A stretch of 64,000 nucleotides of DNA from Elusimicrobiota bacterium (GTDB taxonomy: Bacteria > CG03 > SLGR01 > PWQF01): contig PWOI01000179.1 in assembly GCA_003557485.1 (NCBI GenBank), forward strand, positions 13,789 to 77,788. Direction: 5' to 3'. The notes beneath the pieces were generated by a model, which worked only from the letters and a program-made list of their open reading frames with translations, was not told the origin of the DNA and did no database searches. Both the position numbers and the translations under genes were made by a program. Below are positions 35,254-43,711 of this stretch, piece by piece. How positions within the stretch are numbered: position 1 is the first letter of the stretch; every line of letters starts with the position of its first letter.

Positions 35254-37181
35254 GATCTGGTTTTTTTAAAGATAAGTGGAGGATCATCATGTCAGCCGTA
35301 TGGTTAATAGCGGTTCTCGCATTCTATTGCTGCTTGAATCCTGCTCCTCTTGGAAATTTTTTTCCGCCTCTTGCAGGGATGTTTTTTATCGGGCTTGCCG
35401 CCATCGGAAGCGGATTAAAAGTGCTTAATAAGTTAAATCTCCGGACCGATACTTTTCTTGAAAATATTACTTTTTCAGGAGGTTTCGGATTGGGAATCCT
35501 TTATATTGCAAGTCTTGCTTTAGGCCTTGCCGGGCTTTACAGGAGCGTATATGCATCGGGTGTTGTTTTTCTTCTTTTGCTTATTTCATTTCCGGAATTA
35601 AAAGACTGGATTAATAAATCGGTTTATAAACTAAAACAGCATTCTGGAAACAGGTTTTCACTTATAGGCGCCCTGTTTTTAATTGTTCTTGTTTCATTCC
35701 TGGGGATAGCCCTTCTTTCAGCAATAACCCCTCCAGTCAGCGAATATGCGTTGTCAGGATCCCTTGCAACATCCGGAAGCTATGTGATTCAGGGCGGCAT
35801 CACCGCTTTCCCGTACAGCTATCAGATTCACCTTCCCCCCGGTATGAGTTCTCTTCAGGCTTTGGGGCTGCTCATAGCCGGTGAAACAGGTGCGGGCCCG
35901 GTGTCTTTTTTCTTTCTTTTTTTTCTTTTAACAGGCGTTTATTCAATGACCAGAAAGTTTTTTCACCGTAAAATAGCTCTTTTTGCATGTGCGATAATGC
36001 TGTCTACTCCTGCTCTGATTAATTTTTACGTTTCCGGACATCCTTTTATGGGAAGTGTGTTTTTCGGATTTCTTGCAGTATACTGTTATATATGCTGGAC
36101 TTCACGTTCGGGGGAAATCACAGGGATGTCTGATAAGTGGATTGTAGCTTGCGGAATATTCGCCGGACTTTCAATATCATTCGGGTTCTACAGTATATTC
36201 GTGCCTATGGCACTTGTTATAATGATAATATATTCCATAGCAGCAATAAAAAAAGATATAAGTTTTCAGGATGCAGTAAATCACGCTGCCTGGTTTCTAA
36301 TTCCTTTTATTGCCGTGCTGCTCCCTCACGTTATTAAAAATCTTATCACAGCAGGGAACCCTTTATTTCCGTTTTTTTCCCGCGCTTTTATCCCTTTAGG
36401 TATAGAAGGAGCAAGGGAAAGTCTCTGGGGCTACCTTATGCCTCTGTGGAATATACCTTTTGCAGAAAACATTAGATGGAGCAATTTTTTCCTGATGGGG
36501 CCGCTTTACTTTCTCTTTATTCCGGCTGTAATTGCAGTAAGAGAGATAGGAAAAACCGTTAAGCTGCTTCTCCGCTTCACTGTATTATATCTGATTATTT
36601 ATATTGTTGCGGGAAGAGATATGGCCTTTATTTATTTCCTTATGCCGGTTTTGAGCATTATTACGGCATATATAATAGTTAACCTTTACGGGCAGAAAAA
36701 GTATTTTTATCATTTTGTAATGGCAGTATTTTTCATAGGTCTTTTCATAAATTTTAATCTAATAATGGGAAGTACAAAAAGTTACGGGAATATATACTTT
36801 ACATTAGGATTGGAAAGCAGAGAAGAGCATCTTAAGAATAATCTCCCGGGGTATAGTGTGTTTCGGTATATAAACGAAAACACTCCTGCAGAAAGCGTCA
36901 TACTTATTGCCGGAGAAACGAGAACATTTTATATTGAGCGCCCTGTTGTCGGCGGCGACGTTTTTATAGACAATCCGATTCTGGATATGATTCGCCGGCA
37001 CGGCACACCGGAAGGATTTCTTGAAGAAATTCAAGAGATGAATATTACGCATATTCTTATCGGAGAGGGGTTCGGCAGATACTGGCCGGAGAGGGATAGG
37101 TTTATTTTTGATAACATTATCAAAAATAATACTATCTTGCTTTTAGATAAAAAAGGCTACCGTCTTTATAGGTTTCTTTAA
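35241..37181 (+). CDS. Polytopic integral membrane protein (at least 12 TM) with a C-terminal soluble domain. Possibly a GT-C-like glycosyltransferase.
   Basis: Long hydrophobic segments throughout. C-terminal about 130-aa soluble region. No motif recognised with confidence. Confidence 0.5.
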   Translation: MGPIGSGFFKDKWRIIMSAVWLIAVLAFYCCLNPAPLGNFFPPLAGMFFIGLAAIGSGLKVLNKLNLRTDTFLENITFSGGFGLGILYIASLALGLAGLYRSVYASGVVFLLLLISFPELKDWINKSVYKLKQHSGNRFSLIGALFLIVLVSFLGIALLSAITPPVSEYALSGSLATSGSYVIQGGITAFPYSYQIHLPPGMSSLQALGLLIAGETGAGPVSFFFLFFLLTGVYSMTRKFFHRKIALFACAIMLSTPALINFYVSGHPFMGSVFFGFLAVYCYICWTSRSGEITGMSDKWIVACGIFAGLSISFGFYSIFVPMALVIMIIYSIAAIKKDISFQDAVNHAAWFLIPFIAVLLPHVIKNLITAGNPLFPFFSRAFIPLGIEGARESLWGYLMPLWNIPFAENIRWSNFFLMGPLYFLFIPAVIAVREIGKTVKLLLRFTVLYLIIYIVAGRDMAFIYFLMPVLSIITAYIIVNLYGQKKYFYHFVMAVFFIGLFINFNLIMGSTKSYGNIYFTLGLESREEHLKNNLPGYSVFRYINENTPAESVILIAGETRTFYIERPVVGGDVFIDNPILDMIRRHGTPEGFLEEIQEMNITHILIGEGFGRYWPERDRFIFDNIIKNNTILLLDKKGYRLYRFL

Positions 37182-37328
37182 GTCCGGAAAAACGGCATAA
37201 AAAAGCGCCGGTATCGGGGGGAGACACCGGCGCAGTAGAATAATAACACAAAGTTCGTGAACCTGTCAAATATTTGAGCCAGGTATTCTTATAACACTAA
37301 ATACCGGAAAATATAAAAGGTCAAATTC

Positions 37329-37357
37329 TTGAAAATGGACCCGGTATTAGATATAAT
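37329..37357 (+). promoter_or_regulatory. Near-consensus sigma70 promoter TTGAAA-17-TATAAT upstream of the GT4 gene
   Basis: TTGAAA at 37329-37334. 17-nt spacer. TATAAT at 37352-37357. SD-like AAAGGAAAG at 37388. Confidence 0.55.
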
Positions 37358-37400
37358 TTAGTGTAACTTGAGCCAATTCAGTCAATAAAGGAAAGCATTT

Positions 37401-38948
37401 ATGAGTGAACAAAAACAAAAGCTGACTATCTGCCTTTTAAACCCGCAGGGTCATGTGAGATGGAAAGAACCCCAGATTGCCGAACATCCCGATACCGGCG
37501 GCCAGATTGTATATATACTGGAGCTTGCCAAGGAATTTGAAAAAGCCGGATGCCGGGTTGATATTTTCACCAGGTATTTTAAAGATCCCGATTGGCCCGG
37601 TTACGACAGGGAAATAGAAGATTACAATGAGAATCTAAGAATAGCAAGAATAAAATGCGGTAAGGAAGACAGGTTTATACGCAAAGAGAAGCTCTGGCCT
37701 TTAATAAAAGATTTTTCCGCCGGTGTGAAAAAGTTTTACAGGGATCAGGGATACCAGCCCGATATTATTACATCTCACTATGCTGATGCGGGCCTTGCCG
37801 CCGGTATACTTAAAAAAGATCTCAAAAAACCCTATGTACATACCGGTCATTCACTCGGAGGAAAAAAAATGGACAATCTCAACCTTTCCCGTTCTAATTT
37901 TGAAATGATAAACAAAAACTTCAGTTTTCATCTAAGAATTTCTGCTGAGAGAATATCTTTCAAGAACGCTAACAGGGTAATTGTTTCAACACAGGAGGAA
38001 ATAGATCAGCAATACGGACACAGAGTTTATAAGTCGATAGTAAGCAGAAATAAGGAAAAATTCTGCATAATACCTCCGGGAATTGACCCGGAAAACTTTT
38101 TTTCATATCACCGGCAGGAAAAAGATACGGAAAAATATAAAAAAGCAGTAGGGTTGTTGAAGAAGCAGTTAAAAAGATCCATATCAAAAGAAAGAAAAGA
38201 TTTGCCCTGTGTCTTTTCTGCTGCCCGCTTTGATGCAAAGAAAAACCCTACGGGACTCTTAAGGGCTTATGCCAGCAGCCGGCAACTTCAGGAGAATATG
38301 AACCTGCTTATTGTGGCAGGAAACGTAGAGAACCCTCTTACCCCTAAAAACAGGAATAAGTTTAAAGAGCATGAGAAATATATTATTGAGGATATAGCCA
38401 GCATAATAGAAGGCTGGAAGCTTAAGGGAAAAGTCTGTCTCAGTCCGGGGTTTGATTATATGGATGAAATGCCGTACATATACAGATATGCCGGTAGGAA
38501 TAAGTGGATTTTTGTTAATCCGGCTCTTCACGAGCCGTTCGGGCTGACTATAATTGAGGCAATGGCCTCGGGGCTTCCCGTTGTGGCTACAAAACACGGG
38601 GGTCCTGCTGAGATCCTTAATGGCGGAGAGTTCGGAATCCTTACCGAATCAATAGATCCTCTTTTGCTGGCCTCTTCCCTGGAAGAGCTTCTTATAGCGG
38701 GAAAATGGAGAAATTTCTCTAAAAAAGGAATGGAGAGAGTTAAGAAAAAATTTACCTGGAAGGCAGCGACGGCCAGTTATATGAAAGTTTTTAAGAAAGT
38801 AAAAAAAGAGGGAGTACAGAATAAAGGTGATTTTCCCATTCCCGATTATTTTCTTAAACGGACAAAAAAAAATGAAAGTCATCTTATGAAGGAATTGAGA
38901 AGTTTAATGTTCAGTCAGAAGAGAGGAGGAAAGAATGCTGGGAGATAA
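37401..38948 (+). CDS. GT4-family glycosyltransferase resembling sucrose-phosphate synthase (glucosyltransferase domain)
   Basis: N-terminal HPDTGGQIVYILELAKEF and the HTGHSLGG motif typical of SPS/sucrose-synthase GT-B enzymes. C-terminal EX7E-like region (FVNPALHEPFGLTIIEAMASGLPVVAT). Confidence 0.65.
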   Translation: MSEQKQKLTICLLNPQGHVRWKEPQIAEHPDTGGQIVYILELAKEFEKAGCRVDIFTRYFKDPDWPGYDREIEDYNENLRIARIKCGKEDRFIRKEKLWPLIKDFSAGVKKFYRDQGYQPDIITSHYADAGLAAGILKKDLKKPYVHTGHSLGGKKMDNLNLSRSNFEMINKNFSFHLRISAERISFKNANRVIVSTQEEIDQQYGHRVYKSIVSRNKEKFCIIPPGIDPENFFSYHRQEKDTEKYKKAVGLLKKQLKRSISKERKDLPCVFSAARFDAKKNPTGLLRAYASSRQLQENMNLLIVAGNVENPLTPKNRNKFKEHEKYIIEDIASIIEGWKLKGKVCLSPGFDYMDEMPYIYRYAGRNKWIFVNPALHEPFGLTIIEAMASGLPVVATKHGGPAEILNGGEFGILTESIDPLLLASSLEELLIAGKWRNFSKKGMERVKKKFTWKAATASYMKVFKKVKKEGVQNKGDFPIPDYFLKRTKKNESHLMKELRSLMFSQKRGGKNAGR

Positions 38949-39597
38949 AATAGTTGTCAGGGATCACCACACCCGCGCCGCTGAAGGAGTCTATGGACTT
39001 GTAAGGGAAAGAGTCCTTAATTCACCGGGAAGAATTGCCATAACAGTAGCCGGAGAGTCAGGAAGCGGTAAAAGTGAAATAGCAACCGAAGTGGGTAGGT
39101 TATTCAGGGAAAAGGATAATTTCAAATCCATTTTATTTCATCAGGACGATTACTTTATCAGGCCTCCTAAAACAAATACTGAATACAGAAAGAAAGGTTT
39201 AAAGCATGTGGGAATTCATGAAGTAAAAATGGACCTTCTTGACAGCCACCTGAAAGAGGCTAAGAGTCCGGAATTTTCTGAAAGCGGACAGATAAAAAAA
39301 CCCCTTATAGATTACGATAAAGACTGTATACTTGAAGAAAAGGTAGATGTTGAAAACATAAAACTTTTAATTGCCGAAGGAACTTATACCACAAGCCTTG
39401 AAAATGCTGATATAAAAGTTTTTATAGATTTAGATTATAAAGAAACAAAAAAGCACCGAGAAGACCGTGGCCGTGATAAACTGGATAGTTATACAGAAAA
39501 AATATTAAAAAAAGAGCACAAAACAATTTCTTCGCATAAAAAGCATGCGGATATTATTATTGACAGCCGTTACACGGCTTTGAAATCCGGCGTTTGA
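38935..39597 (+). CDS. P-loop kinase of the uridine-kinase/phosphoribulokinase family
   Basis: Walker A GESGSGKS. PRK/UDK-like fold pattern (HQDDYF...). Confidence 0.55.
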   Translation: MLGDKIVVRDHHTRAAEGVYGLVRERVLNSPGRIAITVAGESGSGKSEIATEVGRLFREKDNFKSILFHQDDYFIRPPKTNTEYRKKGLKHVGIHEVKMDLLDSHLKEAKSPEFSESGQIKKPLIDYDKDCILEEKVDVENIKLLIAEGTYTTSLENADIKVFIDLDYKETKKHREDRGRDKLDSYTEKILKKEHKTISSHKKHADIIIDSRYTALKSGV

Positions 39598-39660
39598 CAA
39601 AAAAAATAAGTAATATTATCATTACAATTAGATATTCAGAAGTCTAAATAAGGAGTTAAA

Positions 39661-40365
39661 ATGAATATTGAAACAAAAAATTGCCTTTTTGCAGTGCTTC
39701 TGGCAGCGGCCTTAATTGTCCCAGAAATAATTTATTCTGCCTCGCCTCCCCGGGTAACAATTCAGGCTGATGACATAGATGTGCCGGACGGGATGGAACT
39801 CGTACTGGATGTCTATACCGTAAAGAAAACAGATTCTCTTGCAGAAATTGCCCGTAGAAAGTTTGGAGACTGGAAGAAATGGCGAATTATTTATGAATAT
39901 AATGATTATGTAAGGGACCCCCACTGGATTTTCCCTGGTGATACACTTATCGTTCCAGAACTTGTTAAAAAATTGCCGCAGGTGCCTGAGGCCGAGGTAG
40001 GAGAACCGGAAGAAGTTGAAATTGAAAAACCACGGCAGTATAGTGATTTTATTGCCCCGGAAACTTTTACTTTCGATGGGTCAATTGTTGACTTCAGAGA
40101 CAGGAAGCAGATGTATGCTCACCATGATTACTGTTTCATAGACCTGGGACGGCTTGACGGAGTAAGGGAAGGTTATAAATTTAATATATACCGCACTGAC
40201 CGGCGTGTTCCTCACCCCCAGACCGGGCGGCTTCTCGGAACTCTTATGAAAAAAGTGGGAGAACTCAGAGTCACCTCGGATGTGGAAGACCGTTCTTCTA
40301 CGGCTTTGATAACGATGTCGCATACCCTTATAGAGAAAGGGGACCTTCTACTTCTCGCTGAATAA
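39661..40365 (+). CDS. Secreted LysM-domain protein
   Basis: Signal peptide. LysM-like YTVKKTDSLAEIARRKFGDWKKWRIIYEYNDYVRDPHWIFPGDTLIVP. Confidence 0.6.
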   Translation: MNIETKNCLFAVLLAAALIVPEIIYSASPPRVTIQADDIDVPDGMELVLDVYTVKKTDSLAEIARRKFGDWKKWRIIYEYNDYVRDPHWIFPGDTLIVPELVKKLPQVPEAEVGEPEEVEIEKPRQYSDFIAPETFTFDGSIVDFRDRKQMYAHHDYCFIDLGRLDGVREGYKFNIYRTDRRVPHPQTGRLLGTLMKKVGELRVTSDVEDRSSTALITMSHTLIEKGDLLLLAE

Positions 40366-40373
40366 GACAGACT

Positions 40374-40757
40374 GTGCTGAAAAAGGTCTTTTTGGTGGCT
40401 GTGCTGATCGGGGCGGCGGCATATTTATTCTATGATTTTGTTGATACCGGCCTGGCCCGTGATTTCATAATTGAAAATAGTGAAGAGTCCTGGGCGCCTC
40501 CGGCTCTATATTATCTCGGGCATCTGTTCGCAATTATTCAGAACAATGACCGGGCAGAAGAGATATACGGAGACTATATCGAAAATTTCGGCGGGGAAAA
40601 ACACTACCGCAGAGCACTTTACAGGTATTATTATATAGCTGCGCGGCAGAGGAGAGGTAAGGAAGCTTTTGAACGCGGGCAGCGTTATATTGAAGAATTT
40701 CCCGATAGCGAGCGGGTAAATATTATAGAAAGGCGCCTGCAGATGCTGAGAAAATAG
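40374..40757 (+). CDS. Small membrane-anchored hypothetical protein (TPR-like helices)
   Basis: N-terminal TM helix. 127 aa. Confidence 0.4.
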   Translation: MLKKVFLVAVLIGAAAYLFYDFVDTGLARDFIIENSEESWAPPALYYLGHLFAIIQNNDRAEEIYGDYIENFGGEKHYRRALYRYYYIAARQRRGKEAFERGQRYIEEFPDSERVNIIERRLQMLRK

Positions 40758-40809
40758 AAGTCACTATAGAGAAATTAAATATATATAGTGTGCAGGAGTT
40801 AAATAAAAA

Positions 40810-41199
40810 ATGAATTATTCTGGTTTTTCCCGTATAATAAAACAGGGCATAAAGAAAGAAGGAATAAGTTTGAGGGAACTGGCCCGTCGAAGTTCTCTTG
40901 ACGTATCTTTTTTGTCAAAAATACTTTCCGGAAATAGAAACCCTCCCTCAAGCGAAGAAGATATAAAAAAAATAGCCAAAGGAATTAATGTTATGCCTGA
41001 AAAACTTATAATATCCAGCGGCCGCATACCTTCAAGTATGATGAAAATATTTGAAAATGAAGATTTTATTGACAATCTTATGAGGGGAGGAGCAAAAAAT
41101 TCGGATATTCCGGATAGAACTGCGGAAATGGAAGAAGCGCCTCTCGCATCTATCGGTGATTTCACCGGACAGGGCCATATAGAGGACGAACTTCTTTAG
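40810..41199 (+). CDS. XRE-family helix-turn-helix transcriptional regulator
   Basis: GISLRELARRSSLDVSFLSKILSGNRNP HTH. Confidence 0.7.
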   Translation: MNYSGFSRIIKQGIKKEGISLRELARRSSLDVSFLSKILSGNRNPPSSEEDIKKIAKGINVMPEKLIISSGRIPSSMMKIFENEDFIDNLMRGGAKNSDIPDRTAEMEEAPLASIGDFTGQGHIEDELL

Positions 41200-41298
41200 G
41201 GCTGTTGTATAATTTCCGTTTCCTTAAAGATGCAACTGCCGGCCTGAGGATTTATTTCAAGGATATCCTGTATTCACTTTGTTAAGTCTTAAAATAAA

Positions 41299-42594
41299 AT
41301 GAGAAAATACATTTCGCCAAAAGCATTAATAATATTTATCTTTTTTTTCATCTCCTGTATACCCTTAAAGGTAGAGTCTGGCGGTCCTTTTGAACTTGAA
41401 GGCCCGGCTGACCTGGATCCTCTTATAAAACATATTGCGCCGGCGAAAATGGTTCTTCTCGGTGAAGCTTCACACGGTACTTTGGAGTTTTACAGGTGGA
41501 GGAAAGAGATAACGAAAACACTTATAAATGATTACGGTTTTGACTTTGTTGTTGTTGAAGGAGACTGGCCTGCTCATATCCGGCTGAACAGATACGTTAA
41601 AGGGAAAAAAGAGATTTCCGGTATGGAAGAACTGTTTGATATTTTTGACCGGTGGCCGCCCTGGATGTGGAAAAACAAAACAGTAGTTGACTTGATAAAG
41701 TGGCTCTCCGGATACAATGCAGGAACTGATTCAAAAGCCGGATTTTACGGGATGGATGTTTACGGTGTTGAACTTGCCTATCATGATTTAATTGAAAAAT
41801 TCCGGAATGAAGGCACGGAGTTTGCCTCCGGTATAATCTCGCTTATTAAGTGTATGGAGCAGTATGCGGGTGATATGCATGCCTATGCCAGGGCGTACTC
41901 GATGTCTCTGGCAGACTGCAGCACTCAGTTAAGGGAGGCCCGCCGCATGGTCAAAGAAAACATGCCTGAAAATTTCGAAAAAGATGAAGCACTTAACCTT
42001 GAACGCAATATAGCCGTACTATTTTATGGTGAGAAACATTTTCGCGCTATGGTAGATCCTTCTATGGACAACTGGAATGTAAGGGTAGAATTTATGAAAG
42101 AAACCGTCGAAAGACTTCGTGAGTACTACGGCCCGTCAAGCCGGGGAATAGTATGGGCGCACAATACTCACATAGGAGATGCCCGGGCCACAACAATGGC
42201 GCAGCAGGGGAGGATCAATATAGGGCAGCTTATGAGAGAGAATCTTGGTTATGAGAATGTGCGGCTTGTTGGTTTCGGTACAGGAAGCGGAACTGTAAAA
42301 GCCGGAAGTTCATGGGGGGCCCGGGGTGAAGTAATGACCATTCCCGATCCGGTAGAGAACAGTTATGAATATCTTTTTAATCAGAAAGGGTACGATATAC
42401 TGCTGTACCTTTTTGATGAAACAAACCGGGAGGGAGAACTTATGAACCCGCGGGGCCACAGGGCCATAGGTGTTGTATATAACCCCGATACCGAGCACCT
42501 TGGAAACTTTGTTCCCACAATACTGCCTCTCAGGTATGATGCCTTTATATATTTTCGCACTACCGAAGCTCTTCACGAATGGAAAAATGAGTAA
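41299..42594 (+). CDS. Erythromycin-esterase (Ere) family protein, secreted or lipoprotein-like
   Basis: Signal peptide. VLLGEASHGTLEFYRWRKEIT matches the Ere-family IGEATHGTHEF motif. HNTHIGDARAT. Confidence 0.65.
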   Translation: MRKYISPKALIIFIFFFISCIPLKVESGGPFELEGPADLDPLIKHIAPAKMVLLGEASHGTLEFYRWRKEITKTLINDYGFDFVVVEGDWPAHIRLNRYVKGKKEISGMEELFDIFDRWPPWMWKNKTVVDLIKWLSGYNAGTDSKAGFYGMDVYGVELAYHDLIEKFRNEGTEFASGIISLIKCMEQYAGDMHAYARAYSMSLADCSTQLREARRMVKENMPENFEKDEALNLERNIAVLFYGEKHFRAMVDPSMDNWNVRVEFMKETVERLREYYGPSSRGIVWAHNTHIGDARATTMAQQGRINIGQLMRENLGYENVRLVGFGTGSGTVKAGSSWGARGEVMTIPDPVENSYEYLFNQKGYDILLYLFDETNREGELMNPRGHRAIGVVYNPDTEHLGNFVPTILPLRYDAFIYFRTTEALHEWKNE

Positions 42595-43711
42595 GTTCCG
42601 GAATAAAAATCCGGCATTATGCATAAGACTTGCCTCCGCTGAGGGTATAGGGCCCGTTACTGTTAAAAAACTATTAGACGCTTTCGGAGAAAATACAGAG
42701 AATATTTTCAGTTGTTCTGAGAAAGAAATCTCCGAAACAGCAGGGGTGACAGTTAATACTGCCTCACTGATTAAGAGAGCTCTTTCGGATATGTCCGGAG
42801 CCCGGCGGGAACTTGAAAAAGTAAAAAAGAATGGTTACAGGGTTTACTGTTACGGTGATAGTGATTATCCCTTTCTGCTTAAACAGATACATGATCCGCC
42901 GGCCGTACTTTATTCTAGCAGCCGGCTGCAGGAGTCTGACTATAATTCCATAGCGGTTGTAGGTACGAGAAGGGCATCGGATTACGGAAAAACGGTGGCT
43001 TCGCTTATTTCTCAAGGGCTGGCTTCGTACAATATATGCGTTGTGTCGGGAGCTGCTGCCGGAATAGATACGGAGGCGCACAGGTCGGCTCTTAAAGCAG
43101 GGGGAAGAACTATAGCTGTTATGGGAGGAGGACTGAACAGGCCCTACCCTAGCAGTAATAGAAGGCTACTTGAAAAAATAGGTTTATCCGGTACAGTTCT
43201 CAGTGAATATTCTCCCGACGAGATTCCGAGTCCTGTCAACTTTCCCCGGCGCAACAGAATAATAAGCGGATTGTCACACGGAGTTGTTGTGGTAGAAGCA
43301 GCCCGGCGCAGCGGAGCTCTTATAACCGCATCCTTTGCGGCCGAACAGGGTAGGCAGGTCTATGCCGTTCCGGGAAGTGTTTTTGCAGGAGGCAGCCGCG
43401 GCTGCCTTGATCTTATAAGGGACGGGGCTGTACCCGTATCCGGGGCTGAAGAAATAATAGATGATATAAGAGGACAGCTTGACAGCGGTAAGCTGGAGAA
43501 ATCGCGTGCTGAATTTGAAACTAAATACTTCTCCGGATATGCCTCTGAAATCTTAAATTTTTTAAGTTCCAGGCCGGCGCATGTTGACATAATAAAAAAC
43601 AAACTTAAAATGGATATAAGTTTTCTTGCTTCTCAGCTGACCAGCCTGGAGTTAAAGGGACTGATTAAAAAAATAGACGGAGATAAGTATATTAAATTAA
43701 CAGATGAATAA
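42587..43711 (+). CDS. dprA: DNA-processing protein DprA (Smf)
   Basis: SAM-like N-terminus. Rossmann-like DprA domain (AVVGTRRASDYG, GAAAGIDTEAHR). C-terminal winged helix. ATG at 42587 chosen over the track start at 42470. Confidence 0.85.
   Translation: MSKFRNKNPALCIRLASAEGIGPVTVKKLLDAFGENTENIFSCSEKEISETAGVTVNTASLIKRALSDMSGARRELEKVKKNGYRVYCYGDSDYPFLLKQIHDPPAVLYSSSRLQESDYNSIAVVGTRRASDYGKTVASLISQGLASYNICVVSGAAAGIDTEAHRSALKAGGRTIAVMGGGLNRPYPSSNRRLLEKIGLSGTVLSEYSPDEIPSPVNFPRRNRIISGLSHGVVVVEAARRSGALITASFAAEQGRQVYAVPGSVFAGGSRGCLDLIRDGAVPVSGAEEIIDDIRGQLDSGKLEKSRAEFETKYFSGYASEILNFLSSRPAHVDIIKNKLKMDISFLASQLTSLELKGLIKKIDGDKYIKLTDE

Noticed and set aside
37203-37231. Perfect palindrome GCGCCGGT(13)ACCGGCGC as the terminator of the upstream membrane-protein gene
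   Set aside because: The A-tract lies upstream and there is no T-tract downstream. It would act as a terminator only for minus-strand transcription, and no minus-strand gene ends there. I keep it only as a hairpin of unknown role.
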